DNA of 64,000 bases from Eledone cirrhosa (Eukaryota). The notes under the pieces were generated by a model, which had not been told where the DNA came from, made no database searches, and saw nothing but the letters and a program-made list of their open reading frames with translations. A program made the translations under genes and the position numbers. The stretch is from assembly GCA_964016885.1 (NCBI GenBank), contig OZ024740.1:53506001-53570000 (forward strand). The letters run 5' to 3'. Positions 11,690 to 24,365 of this stretch are shown one piece after another (position 1 is the stretch's first letter; every line of letters begins with the position of its first letter).

Positions 11690-12490
11690 AATATCAAGAC
11701 TGGTGGGTGTCGGACCAGTCGGCTACAATTTGCAGACGGCATGGTATTACTTAACTCGTCAGAAGGCGAACTTCGACACGTATGTGAATGGTTTACTGCT
11801 GAGTGCTACACAGCAAGAATGAAAATCAGGGATGCGAAGACAGACTCTCGTCCTCTCAAGGAAGCCTGTGCAGTGCACTTTAAATGTGAGTGAATTTCCA
11901 CGGAAGCACATGGAGCAGTTCAAGTATCTCGGAGCCATGTTCATGAGTGATAGAAGGCAGGAGGCTGAAGGAAGAGTAAGAATTGCAAGAGCTCAACGTA
12001 CCAGCTTCAACATTCGATCTTCAGAAGAAGGGAGGTAGGTGTAAAGGCCAAACTCACTGTCCTCAATTTGGTATTCGTGCCAATCCATATCTATGGTCAT
12101 GAATCTTGGGTAATAACAGAAAGAATGCGATCTCGAATACAAGCGGCCGAAATGGGGTTCCTCCGAAAGGTTTTGGAGTAACGTTACTCGATATGGTGCA
12201 TAGATCGGAGACCAGAGAGTCACTGTAGATAGAGCCGCAACTTCTTCGAATGGAGAGATCACAGCTCCAGTACTACGGACATGTGTTTACAATGTCTCTG
12301 GACAGATTTTACGGACAAAACCAACTAGCAGGAGACCCAATTGTGGACTCCGAGAAACATGGTTGTATAATATCTACGATCACAGGAGGTCTCTATTTGG
12401 GATCCAACCGTATCAATTGGAGATGGTTTATTCTGATATGACCAGTTTGAGGCGAGCTTGAGGAATCTGCCCTCCCGACCTTCCTGGGAA
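11690..12490 (+). mobile_element. RTE-clade LINE, degenerate RT C-terminal half
   Basis: LQFADGMVLL (FADD), EC..MKI..KT, EQFKYLG, YGHESW, QAAEMGFLRKV, ERSQLQYYGHV across frameshifts. Confidence 0.85.
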
Positions 12491-12849
12491 TAAGTGGGGT
12501 AAGAGGAAAAATAATAATTTTTCCATAAACAAAAGTTTAACGTTTTTTCGTAGAGAAATACATTTCTAAATTGACTTCGCAAGTGAAGATTTATAAACAA
12601 AGATTGTAGGTTCGGTTGTGGCTGACGAAGTCAATACGGAACACGCAATCCCAAGCTTAGCGACTGCAAGGGAAATTCTGTTCACGGTTCTTCTTCGATC
12701 TACTAGGGTCCTTTATCTTAGGTGGCAGGAACATGTGTTTTTAACTCTAAAAAAGGACGTAGATTCCTTTATTCATATCCTGCTGCGAAGAAAAATATCG
12801 TTTAGATCAAGTGATGCCTGTGCTTGAAGGTATTTTTAAGTGAAGAAAA

Positions 12850-13400
12850 GTCTTGCACTGGACCAAACCCACTCTCAGAACAACGGTGACAGTTATCTAA
12901 AAAGAGGAACAGGTCAATATCATTGGCTGCCATCGTGTCGCAAATTTACACCAGAGTTTTCATTCTCCTAGAACTAAGTCCCTCTCTCCATACATGGTGG
13001 TGGCTGCCAACTCGTTTTCGAGTACGGCCACTACTTTATATCCATGTAGGAGAACCCCTACCGATGCGCTGAACGAGTGTGACTTTTTAGTCCAGCCAGC
13101 GACTTGAAAACTCTGGTACAAACACTACAGTTGTGACAATTATTGACTCATAGTGCTGGGCCCATGGTACCATGTGACGACAAGTGCAGAGATATCTCCA
13201 GATATAAAGCAATGCCTGTGTCGTAAAGCTTTTATAGTGAGCAAAGGCACTGCACAAAGCCAGTCCCACTCTCTTAACCAAGATGATATTTACCAAAAAG
13301 AAGAACAAGTCAACATCATTGGATACCATCAGAGTTGCAGGTGTTATATCAGAGTTTTCCTTCTCCTAGAATTCTGCCTTGACAAAGGCTAAGGGGTCAT
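12850..13400 (-). mobile_element. Dispersed repeat, two tandem diverged copies, RTE 5'UTR-like; third copy at 27950-28160
   Basis: TGCAC...CCCACTCTC...AAAAGA.GAA.A.GTCAA.ATCATTGG...GAGTTTTCCTTCTCCTAG at ~12855, ~13250 and ~27956. Confidence 0.5.
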
Positions 13401-13434
13401 CTCTCCATACATACATACATACATATGTGAGTCT

Positions 13435-13495
<61 letters not shown>

Positions 13496-13549
13496 CGAGC
13501 ACGTGAAGGGGTCATCTCTCCATACATACATACATACATATGTGAGTCT

Positions 13550-13598
<49 letters not shown>

Positions 13599-13617
13599 TG
13601 TGCGTGCGAGCACGTGA
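13392..13617. repeat. Tandem duplication (~115 bp) containing (GT)n
   Basis: AGGGGTCATCTCTCCATACATAC..GAGTCTCAG(TG)nCGTGCGAGCACGTGA occurs twice. Confidence 0.9.
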
Positions 13618-14295
13618 TGAATTACATGTTGCTGAAATGCAATAAAAATAGTAGTAGTAGTAGTAGCAGTAGTAGTAGTAGTCTGAAGAAAAATTTGACT
13701 AGTTTTTACTGTTTTTCCATTTCTTCCAGAAGTATTTATTTTATCCGTTCTTCAGACAAAATGAGACGTAGTGACTAGCTTCCAGCTACTTGTGAAAATG
13801 CGAAGAACAACAGGCGGCGCATTTGCTCTTTGACATAACAGAACATTCGTTGGCGGAACATTTAAGGATATGTTGTAAGTACACAAAAATGTGTACGTAT
13901 GATAAACATTAATCTCTCTCTCTCTCTAGAAATGATGAAAGGTAGACCCATAATGAGGTCCTAAAAACCTGGAAAAACTAGCCAAGTAAAACTTCAGTTT
14001 TATATGCTGAAGAATACCTGTAGTTTAACTTCAGCGACTCGTTACGTAACTAGGCTACATGTAACTTGATTAAACGTACACATGTAAACTTATTCCCATG
14101 TTACACGGGTTAAAGAATTAAAGAACACAGACGAACAAGGAGCTAATGTTTAAATTGAATATATAGAGTAAATTAACACTTTTGCGAGCTTGTGTATATA
14201 TATATGATTTATGTAACATCAGCATTTTTCTTACTGTCATTCTTATATATATAAATATATATATATACATAAATAATTACAACAGTGACATAACA

Positions 14296-14342
14296 CAGGT
14301 ACTCTAGTTTCGTTGGGTTCTGGGCCCAATTTCTTCAGCCTG
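14296..14342 (-). ncRNA. Type I hammerhead ribozyme motif
   Basis: CAGG-CUGAAGA-AA-UUGGG..CCCAA-C-GAA-ACU(AG)AGU-A-CCUG; GUA cleavage triplet. Confidence 0.7.
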
Positions 14343-14371
14343 TCATGTGGAAAATAAAAAAAAACACATGC

Positions 14372-14419
14372 CAGGCTGAAGAAATTGGGGCCCAGAACCC
14401 AACGAAACTTGAGTACTTG
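14372..14419 (+). ncRNA. Type I hammerhead ribozyme motif (inverted partner)
   Basis: CAGG-CUGAAGA-..-GAA-ACU(UG)AGU-A-CUUG. Confidence 0.7.
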
Positions 14420-14509
14420 TTTATGTCACTGTTGTAATTATTTATACCAAACTCGTCCTATGGACTGAGTGCTCTTACTCTTGGATATTTCCACTTAACT
14501 TTTACTTCA

Positions 14510-14553
<44 letters not shown>

Positions 14554-15003
14554 TGAAGTAAAAGTTATATATATATAGGGATTGTCACGTCCAGTTACTG
14601 TAGGTAATATACACGCACACATACAGACACACATGTATACACGCATACATTCACACATATATAGACACATATATGCATGCACACATACATTCACACATAT
14701 ATAGACACATATATGCATGCACACAAACAGACACACACGTATACACGCATACATTCACACATATATAGACTCATATATGCATGCACACATACAAATACAT
14801 ATAGACGCACACTTACACACAAATACATGCACGCACACACACACACGCTCATGTATATAAACGAACACATTCAGATACATGCACACCACGAAGACTCATA
14901 AGAAACGAGATAATGGAAATGATTAATTTCGAGGCTTTCCACATTTAATAGATATATAAATATAACTTTGACAGGTAAGTTTGTTTTGAAACAGTGAGAG
15001 AGT

Positions 15004-15153
15004 TTTGACTAAAGATATTGTTGCCTGATACTGGGGTTTAGAACCCTATAAGAAATGGAAAAACATGAGTATTGACGTACATGTACTCATGTTTTTTCAA
15101 TTTCTTAGAGGGTTCTAAACCCCACTATCAGGCTAAAATTTCTTTAGTGAAAA
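15004..15153. repeat. Inverted repeat, ~68-bp arms, ~12-nt loop
   Basis: GCCTGATACTGGGGTTTAGAACCCT..AAAAACATGAGTA / TACTCATGTTTTT..AGGGTTCTAAACCCCACTATCAGGC. Confidence 0.9.
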
Positions 15154-15288
15154 AATACGGCGAAAGCTTCTATTTATAACAGTATTAGTTGAGTACTTCT
15201 TTTACATACATAGAAACCTGTCCACATACACACACATGCATTCTTACTGACCGATTCATTTCCATTATCACAACAATGAACCACTTTG

Positions 15289-15360
<72 letters not shown>

Positions 15361-15795
15361 ATATATATATATAAAGAGAGACGCATCGCTATATGTAGTT
15401 ATGTCATGTAAGATACTACATGACTATAGTACACTTGTATGTTCAACTGGATACGTTGAAGGGTTGAAATTTTGTTATTTCATTTCTTTACAAAAGCCTA
15501 GTTGAATGAATATATAAAATCGTTTAATTTTAAACACATATGTGGACAGCAAATAATACAGCCGGTTAAAATGATGGATTCTCTCCCTTACACCTCCCAG
15601 AAATAAAAGTCGCTACGGTAGCGTCTGGCAAAAACTGCAGGCTAAGTAAGAAGCAACAAACGCGAAACAACATGATAGAGGATGGGAAAACTATGATTCA
15701 TTTCTCTTTCTTCCACACATCTCTTGCCTTAAACATTTACAAATAGCTGCTTTTCATGACATTTCCTATATATCAACTACGTTGCGGCTGTGTAG

Positions 15796-15830
<35 letters not shown>

Positions 15831-15956
15831 CGTATGTGCGTATGCGTATGTATGTATGTATGTATATATATGTATATATCGGATATATATATGTATATAT
15901 ATGTATATATCGGATATATATATGTATATACATATATAGGATATATATATGTATAT

Positions 15957-16007
<51 letters not shown>

Positions 16008-16009
<2 letters not shown>

Positions 16010-16327
16010 AAAAAGTATAACCCCGACGGCAGAGCTCAAGCCGTTTCGACGGCTATATCTGTGTGTGCGTATGCGTATGTACGTATGTATGTATGTGTGT
16101 ATGTATGTATGTATGTATGTATGTACGTACATATGTATGTGTGTGTGTGTATGTATGTATGTATGTATGTATGTATATATATATAGAGAGAAAGGAAAAA
16201 GTATGACCCCGACGGCTTGAGCTCTGCTGCCGGGGTCATACATTTTCCTATTTCTCACTCTACTACCCTAAGTATTGAGTACTCTAGTGCGTTATGCTCC
16301 ATCTGGTTCCTTACCACAATTCCTTTG

Positions 16328-16379
<52 letters not shown>

Positions 16380-16575
16380 AATGTCAAGACTCGGACGTCT
16401 GAGCACCGGGCGTTTCGACAGCTAGATCCGAACTATTCGGATCTAGCTGTCGAAACCGCCGGAGCTCAGCAGTCGGGGTCCTGACCCTTTTCCCATTACC
16501 CACTCTACTATCCTAAGTATTGAGTACTCTGGTGCGTTTTGGTCCACCTGGTATCTCACCAGACCCCCTTTGTTG
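16008..16575. mobile_element. Cluster of three Penelope-like terminal fragments (family D: HHR 3' half plus tail), two folded back
   Basis: GAAACGGCTTGAGCTCAGCCGTCGGGG-type motif and tail ACTCTACTACCCTAAGTATTGAGTACT; hairpins at 16193-16249 and 16376-16492. Confidence 0.65.
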
Positions 16576-16689
16576 TTCTATATATAACATTATTATTCTA
16601 CTCAATTAAGGTCGGATATATAACTAGCAATGGAGAAGTGGTATCTTATTTCATGCCGTAGGGTATTCAAAAACTAGGAAAGACCTCTG

Positions 16690-16885
16690 AAGTCTGTCTC
16701 GGGCTCGGGGGCTCATCAGGCAGGTGTGTATCGGTTAAATACCCAACTACTGCTGGTATCTATTTTTCAGTTGAGTATATTGGTTCAACGTGAAATGAAG
16801 TGTTTTGCTCAAGAACACAACACATAACTCAGACGAGGAAATTAACCCACGAAATTATGATCGTAATTCGAACACACGTACCACA
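16690..16885 (-). mobile_element. Degenerate SINE (second family); related copy at 34528-34710
   Basis: Shared GGCTCA.CAGGC..GTG and CAACGTGAAATGAAGTGTTTT. Confidence 0.6.
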
Positions 16886-16890
16886 AAGTT

Positions 16891-16997
<107 letters not shown>

Positions 16998-17104
16998 TAT
17001 GCATATGTATATATAAATATATGCATATGTATATATAAATATATGCATATGCATATAAATAAATATGCATATAAATAAATATATATATATATATATATAT
17101 TTAT

Positions 17105-17438
17105 ATAATATAAAATCAAAAAATGGTTAAAAGAGTTCCAAGTATTTTATTATGCGCATTTCAAAAACAAATATCATGATGGGATGATATTTGCGTTCTC
17201 ATCGGATAAAATAGGGAGACATGATATGAAGCTTAAAAAACACTTGCGAGCAGTGAAGTGTTAAATCAACATATGTTGATATGATGATATTTGTTTTTGA
17301 AATGCGCATAATAAAATACATGGAACTCTTTTAACCATCTTTTGATTTTATATTATTTATACTCCAGTCCTATAAACTGTTGAGTGCTACTTATCCGATA
17401 TTTGCATTGCTTTATTGTGCTACAATAAAACTCACCTC

Positions 17439-17442
<4 letters not shown>
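17105..17442. mobile_element. Penelope-like inverted termini (family C); HHR on minus 17143-17213 with CCGAUGA core
   Basis: Homologous to the 35003-36823 element; the plus arm starts at the 3' strand of stem II (~17281). Confidence 0.7.
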
Positions 17443-17514
<72 letters not shown>

Positions 17515-17788
17515 TGATATACTAAAGTGAGACAAACTCAGATATATACATATATATGAGTTCAAATTATAAGGGACCTAAACCGCTAGGGTGAATATAT
17601 ATATATATATATATATATATAATAATTGTTTCTAGTTTTGGCACAACGCCAGCAAATACCCAGTACATTACTGGTACTTTATTATACCGACCCCGTAAGG
17701 ATGAAAGGCAAAGTTAACCTCGATGAATATATATAATAATAATAATAATTTATAAGGGAGCAAAGAATTAGTGTTGCATCATATACAT

Positions 17789-17881
17789 ATTTAATTACGT
17801 ATGTTTCACTGTCAATCAGTTCGTGGAATGATCAATTATTGATCGATCCTGACTCTGGAATCAGAAGATCCTCAGACAAGT
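17789..17881 (-). ncRNA. Degenerate hammerhead motif with extended stem II
   Basis: CUGAGGA...CCAGAGUCAGG...GAAACAUACGUA; shares CCTGACTCTGGA with 731-822; stem I weak. Confidence 0.4.
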
Positions 17882-17948
17882 GTAAAAATGTAGACTAGCG
17901 CCTAAGAGTCTACCACCTACGGACGCAATTAATTTGCACCCCCCCCCA

Positions 17949-18008
<60 letters not shown>

Positions 18009-18070
18009 CATGAAACTAATACACTTCATGTTATTGTACCGTCTTCTTTGTTCATTTCTTGTTTCCTTGG

Positions 18071-18129
<59 letters not shown>

Positions 18130-18132
18130 TAC

Positions 18133-18164
<32 letters not shown>

Positions 18165-18267
18165 GTGAGGTTTTTTTTACAAAATGAAAAATAACCGAGG
18201 TGTCCTACACGAGTGGAAGTATAAAGAAAAAATGTGAGAAAAACCACAGACCCTCCATCTCAACTCA

Positions 18268-18305
18268 CCTTTTGAAAAGCAGAAGAACTGCGAAACCGGT
18301 AAAGG
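18268..18305 (+). ncRNA. Degenerate hammerhead motif
   Basis: CCUU-UUGAAAA-GCAG/CUGC-GAA-ACCGGU-A-AAGG; two core substitutions. Confidence 0.5.
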
Positions 18306-18442
18306 AACCAAATAAATATATATATTTTAAAAAAAAATAAGACTTCAGTTGCATTTTCGATTTCATCCCTTTTTCTTTATATATATATATATATATATAG
18401 TCATATATTTATATATAGTCATATATATATATATATATATAT

Positions 18443-18536
18443 AACGAAGGAAATGTGGTAAGGAACCAGGTGGACCATAACGCACCAAAGTACTCAATAC
18501 TTAGGGTAGTAGAGTGGGTAATAGGAACAATGTTCC

Positions 18537-18538
<2 letters not shown>
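18443..18538 (-). mobile_element. Family D tail between (TA)n tracts
   Basis: Reverse complement of 42773-42860. Confidence 0.75.
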
Positions 18539-18567
<29 letters not shown>

Positions 18568-18771
18568 ATATATATATATATAATCATACACAAATATATA
18601 TACATATATATATATAAACGGAAAAATGAAACGAAATTCCATTTGCCACTCTTAGTACGGCTGTTACTTAAATATAAGTATGTACATGTACATACATATG
18701 TATGTCTGTATACATATATGTGTACGTCTGTATACATATATGTATGTACGTGTACATATATATATATAATC

Positions 18772-18858
<87 letters not shown>

Positions 18859-19035
18859 GAGGTGCTGAAAAGTTCCTGGCTTAAGGGTATCCCGAAAGGG
18901 TAGACCTTTACAGGGGCGGTAGGGCAGCTGCAATTAGCGTGTCAATCTGAGAGGGGAATATTTTGAATAAAATCATAATTAACTGATCCGCCTCTATTTT
19001 CTTTTACCCAAAGCCAGGAACGTTTCAGCACCCTA
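18859..19035. mobile_element. Tc1/mariner-type MITE
   Basis: TIRs GAGGTGCTGAAAAGTTCCTGGCTT.AGGGTA / TACCCAAAGCCAGGAACGTTTCAGCACCC. Confidence 0.75.
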
Positions 19036-19061
19036 GCACACACACACACACACGCACATGT

Positions 19062-19104
<43 letters not shown>

Positions 19105-19105
<1 letters not shown>

Positions 19106-19293
19106 TTGTTTCTACTTTTGGCACAAGGACAGCAATTATCCCAGTGCATTACTGGTGCTTTATTTTATCGACCCCGTAAGAATCAAAAGCAAAGTTAACG
19201 ACGGCGGGATTTGAACTCAGAGCGTAAAAGGCCGTAACTCTATGCTGCAAAACATGGTGTCTGACACTCTACCGATACTGCCAATCCACTGCC
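19105..19293 (-). mobile_element. tRNA-derived SINE
   Basis: Dominant family. Confidence 0.85.
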
Positions 19294-19469
19294 TATATTA
19301 TATTATGTATATATAATGCACGGAAACTATGGTGATTTAAAGAGGTTTACTGAAGAGAATGGGCTGGTCGTTTTCCCGTTTTTCTTCCGTTCCCTTCGCC
19401 ACGCGGCGTTTTTTTAATACTTTACAATATATATATATATACACACATACACGCACACACATACATGCA

Positions 19470-19512
<43 letters not shown>

Positions 19513-20878
19513 AGTCGGGACTTTGAAGAAAAAATAGGTATATTTTTGTCTTTCCTCATATTTTGTAATTTGATATATATATGTGTGTGTGTATAATGTT
19601 CTGGTATTAGACAGGATACGTTTGCTGAGTTTATATTCAGCATTACTAACGTTGGTTTGCGATCCATTTCACTTGGTAAATTATGTTTTAAATCGTACTA
19701 TCGTTGTTGCTGCTTAGCTTTGGATCTTGATCCATCGGTTTTTTATTAAAGGAGATCCAATAGTCATTTTGTGTATCTACACATGTGTGCTTCTTCCTCT
19801 TTTTTTTTTTTCAAAAAAGATATGGAGTTATTTGACGAAACTTGGCTTCTATTTTGAGCAGGTCCAGCACCATCAGGAGACTATCGCAATAATTCAGGCT
19901 ATTTGTTTGGTCTAAAATCTAAAACGGGGAATTTTTAATTTACACCTTGAATAATTAGAATATACTTACACCGCTGCTGACTTGATAATTCAAGTTGTTA
20001 ATAATACTATATTTGGTAATGTTTGTGGTCCTACGACAGCCCTATTCCAGCAAAGATGTTCCAACCATGACCATCCCATTTTTTCCCTGATATACTGTAT
20101 TTAGTTCGCCCACCTTTCATTTTTTTTTTTTATTTTTTTTTTTTAATTCAAGATTGTGATTTTGGAGCTATTTATTCGTTGAAACTATCTAGTTACCTTG
20201 TATGTTAATAATGTTGTTGATGTTATTTTCATCCAGGTTAATCCTGCTAGTGCAACACTATGGTGAACGGCGTTTCAGCCATGACCATGACGCTTTCATT
20301 GTGATATCTCAGATAACATTACCACAGGCTTTCATTTTTTAAGACGGCAGGATGTGTGTTTGAGACAATTTTTTACACAATCGATGACCATATTGTACAC
20401 AAACACAAAGACACACACACGTGAGTAAATATATATATATATATACAAGTGGAAGCTTAGTAAAATCGAAGCTTTGGCTGTGGGCAAGCAAAGTCGACCT
20501 ACAATATGAATGAGTTAGCAAAGCACTCAATAAGAGTAGGTCCTTAGAGTAATAACATACGTTTAAATAGCTTGAAAAATTGAACATTGTGGTAGGCAAA
20601 ACCTAACACACAATACCAAAGTAACGAAAGAACTAACAGGTTAAAAAGATACACCTGGATAAATCAAACGATATACGTTTAAAGTGTTTCTATGAATCCG
20701 AAATCAGTTATCCAACTTACGTAACAGGCACGCTCGTTGTTTTCCATGATCGAACAGAGGATTCATTTCATCAACAGGGAATCCGTTCTGCCAAAAATCG
20801 GAGTGGACGCGCTAAATGCTGCTGCTATAAGCCAGCCATCGTACACTTAGTTGTCACGTGTTATTTCCAACAAGGGAA

Positions 20879-20920
<42 letters not shown>

Positions 20921-20922
<2 letters not shown>

Positions 20923-21085
20923 ACGAAGCAAGTGTGGTAAGGAACCAAACCAGGTGGACCATAACGCACCAGAGTACTCGATACTGTGGGTAGTAGAGTG
21001 GGTAATAGGAAACGAGTCAGGACCCCGACGACAGTTGTCGAAACGGCCGGAGCTCAGCCGTCGGGGTGCTGACTCTGTTCCTATA
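20921..21085. mobile_element. Family D tail plus fold-back HHR half
   Basis: Tail on minus, then GACCCCGACGAC..GTCGAAACGGCCGGAGCTCAGCCGTCGGGGT. Confidence 0.7.
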
Positions 21086-21600
21086 TATATATCACACGCC
21101 GCCCGACAACTGGTCGTATCCCTTTCTAATCATCAGATTTTACTACTTCTTTAGCAATTTAGAACGGGGATTAAATATGTCTAAATTCTTAATCTTGTAT
21201 CCATATTTCCCTCCATTGTTCGATAAATTAAGTAAAACCTGAAGTTTTCGGTGATTCAATCGACTACAATGCCTGTGATTTTGTACTGATAAAAATGCGA
21301 ATACTTTTGATAGCGCTACCATACGGTTGAGAACTAGATATATTTTCATATATATTCCTAGAAGTAATAATGGTAATCTAATATATTCCGTGCTGTGAAT
21401 GCAGTGGAATTACGATTGACACGTTGGAAACCTATAACAAACATCGGTATTCTTCACAGATACTATATCAAAAGAGAAAAGAAATAACAAATAATGTGAA
21501 TAGGCATCGAAGCCATCTCCTGGACTCAGAACACGGTGGTTAATGTGTCTCACTAACTCTTGCTTTGCAGTTCGCATTCTGGAGGAAAATTCCCAATGTA

Positions 21601-22169
21601 ATAATTGTTTCTACTCTTGGCGCAAGGCCAGCAATTATCCAGTGCGTTACTGGTACTTTATTTTATCGACCCCGTAAGGATGAAAGACAAAGTTAACCTC
21701 GGCGGGATTTGAACTCAGATCATGAAGGGAGGTAACTCTAAGCTTCAAATCATGCCGCCCGAGCCTCTTCTGATACTGCCAATCCACCGCTGCCAATAAT
21801 AATTGTTTCTACTTTAGGCACAAGGCCAGCAATTACCCAGTGCATTACTGGTACTTTATTTTATCGACCCCGTAAGGATGAAAGGCAAAGTTAACCTCGG
21901 CGGGATTTGAACTCAGAATGTAAAGGGACGTAACTATGCTAGAAAGCATGGCCTCCGACCCTCTACCAATACTGCCAATTCAATAATAATTGTTTCTACT
22001 TTTGGCACAAGGCCAGCAATTACTCAGTACATTACTGGTACTTTATTTTATCGACCCCGTAAGGATGAAAGGCAAAGTTAACCTCGGCCGGATTTGAACT
22101 CAGAATGTAAAGGGACGTAACTATGCTAGAAAGCATGGCGTCCGACCCTCTACCGATACTGCTAATTCA
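21601..22169 (-). mobile_element. Three tandem head-to-tail SINE copies
   Basis: Units ~21601-21790, 21795-21982 and 21983-22169. Confidence 0.9.
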
Positions 22170-22578
22170 ATAAATGCTAGACAATTATAATTGGTCATCA
22201 AATTAACGCCACCACTCTACTTATTTTATAGTCCAGATGAAAGGAGAAGTCTTACTGGCAATCACTCAAACTCACAAGGTACAAAGATATAAATACAATT
22301 CTATGAAGTGCCCTAAAATTTCTACCGATTTCATTCCCTCATTTTATGCTATAATTGCTTGCGAACTCTTGCATTGCCATATGTATATCGGCTGGAGGTT
22401 ACACATCTAGAGAAGTGTTGTGGTCGAATACATTGCTCTGAGTACATGGTTGATCTACAATTTATCGAACTCAGAGGAGCTGGAGGTGGTGATTGATAAA
22501 ATACTGCCGTGGTGGAATTTGAACACGGAACGTTAGTTAACTATGAGATATGGTTTCATCTTTCGATTTAAAATTTCC

Positions 22579-22629
22579 GTTAGGATTCCTGGCTTTCAGG
22601 CGGCTCGGGTTCGATTCCCGGCATGGGAA
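22579..22629 (+). pseudogene. tRNA-Glu(TTC)-derived fragment fused to a SINE tail (22641-22700)
   Basis: GTTAGGATTCCTGGCTTTCA[~4 nt missing]GGCGGCTCGGGTTCGATTCCCGGCATGGGAA; 5' acceptor strand absent. Confidence 0.7.
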
Positions 22630-23794
22630 CGTATTTTATAGGGCGGTGCCCCAGCATGGCCTCAGCCGGATGGCTGGAACAGATAAAAGAGTAAAAGAGT
22701 ATACTATCCCAGATGTGATTGCTATTATATTAATCAAATTATCTTAAACTAGGAATGATGAAAACCGCACCATGGACACACCACATCAGAATGTTGCTTT
22801 ATACATTGCTTTACCATATTCAACTTAATACCAATAACACTGATCATCAAATTATATATTCTGTAACATAATATTACCAAGATATACAAATTGTAAGCGT
22901 TATATTATAGCTGTATGTAATTTACCAATTAATAAACCTTCAAATATTTCCCCTATCTGTTTTTGCTTTCCCCTCTATCTTTCGATGAGAATTTCTCGCT
23001 TTGTCTCACGTACACGTGCACAAACACATGCACACGCACATACATACACATACGCATACACACACACTCACAAATTCTCTTTCCTATATGTTTTACAAAT
23101 TCCACAACATGAAACAACATGCCCTTATGTTTATATAAAAATCTCTAACGAATAGACAGACAAGCCCTGGAGATTTTTATGAGGTTATGATTTCTAACTA
23201 GCCCCAACTTTGCTTTGATAAGTAGTTTCCTAATACTGCCAATCAATAATGTTGTTGTGTCTTTTACTGTGTAATACACGTTGTTTTGCTCAGATCTCTG
23301 AATACCCTAGTTGCCTTGCTTAAAGCTGTTTATATGAGGTTATCAAGTTCCGAATTAGCAAAAGGAAAAGCTGTGCCCATTTTCATCCGAGGTCATTATA
23401 AGTTTTTCTGGCCATTAGATTTGATTGCAAACATGAGTAAACAATACGGCCTGAGGAAATATATTTCATACAACCTATGCTAATGATTAGAGAGACGAGC
23501 AAGTGAGTACAGCAGAGACACTACGGAGACCAGTTAGATATTAATATACGGTATATAAAAGCGAAACGGTACATGATGAAAACACTGATATGATTAAGGA
23601 GATGACCGTTAATCATAAGTATATTAAAATGCCGATTGCTGAAGGTATTGCTGATGGTATCTAATCGAGTTTATCCAGCATTTGAACTGAAATAAAAAGG
23701 TTAAATATACTTATATATTATGTCGTATTTTACTAAATTCTAGATTGTTATTAGTAGTAGCAGTAGAGGTAGTAGTAGTAATAGTGGTCATACC

Positions 23795-23891
23795 TTGTCC
23801 TATTTCCCACTCTACTACCCTAAGTATTGAGTACTTTCGTGCGTCCATACTTTTATGGTCCATCTGGTTCCTTACCACAATTCCTTAGTTA
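23795..23891 (+). mobile_element. Family D tail
   Basis: CCCACTCTACTACCCTAAGTATTGAGTACT...CCTTACCAC then (TA)n. Confidence 0.75.
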
Positions 23892-23986
23892 TATATATAT
23901 ATATATACTTTAAAATCTTGACTAATACATATATATATTCACACACATACACACTCCTACTATCTCTACTATTTATTATTGTTGTA

Positions 23987-24030
<44 letters not shown>

Positions 24031-24074
24031 AGAATTTAGTAAAATGCGACATAATATATAAGCGTATTTGACTT

Positions 24075-24365
24075 TTTCTTTGAGGATCTGCTGACCACGA
24101 TGAAGAGGAGGAAGCTGAGGTGGTATGGGCGTGCAACAAAATCGACGGTCTCTCTAAGACAATTCTGCAAGAAACACTGTAGAGAAAGAGAAGGCGAGAC
24201 AGACAGACGAAGCAGTAGATAGATAACAAAGCTGAGTGGACAGGAAAGAACTTTGACACAACCCAAACTCTCGCCCATGACCGCCAGAGATGGAAGCAGT
24301 TGGTGCAGCGTTCAACACTGCAGTGTCCAAACGACCCAGAAAATGGTTAGGGGACCATAGTGATG
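24075..24365 (+). mobile_element. RTE-clade LINE 3' end
   Basis: KLRWYG..KTILQET..EWTGKNFDTTQTLAHDRQRWKQLV across frameshifts. Confidence 0.8.

Larger units (their letters stand above)
14269..14567. mobile_element. Penelope-like inverted termini with two hammerheads and tail
   Basis: Inverted arms 14269-14349 / 14365-14445; tail ACTC..GAGTGCT 14450-14510; (TA)n; inverted tail tip 14553-14567. Confidence 0.7.

Noticed and set aside
16688-16724. Hammerhead-like CUGAUGA..GAGAC on minus
   Set aside because: GAAA and stems are not satisfied; the segment aligns with the SINE end also seen at ~34530-34570.
21143-21349. Possible Penelope ORF N-terminal fragment (H.KL..L...IKNL)
   Set aside because: Similarity is too weak to call without a profile search.
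22579-22629. Functional tRNA-Glu gene
   Set aside because: The 5' acceptor/D-arm start is missing and the anticodon stem has a deletion.
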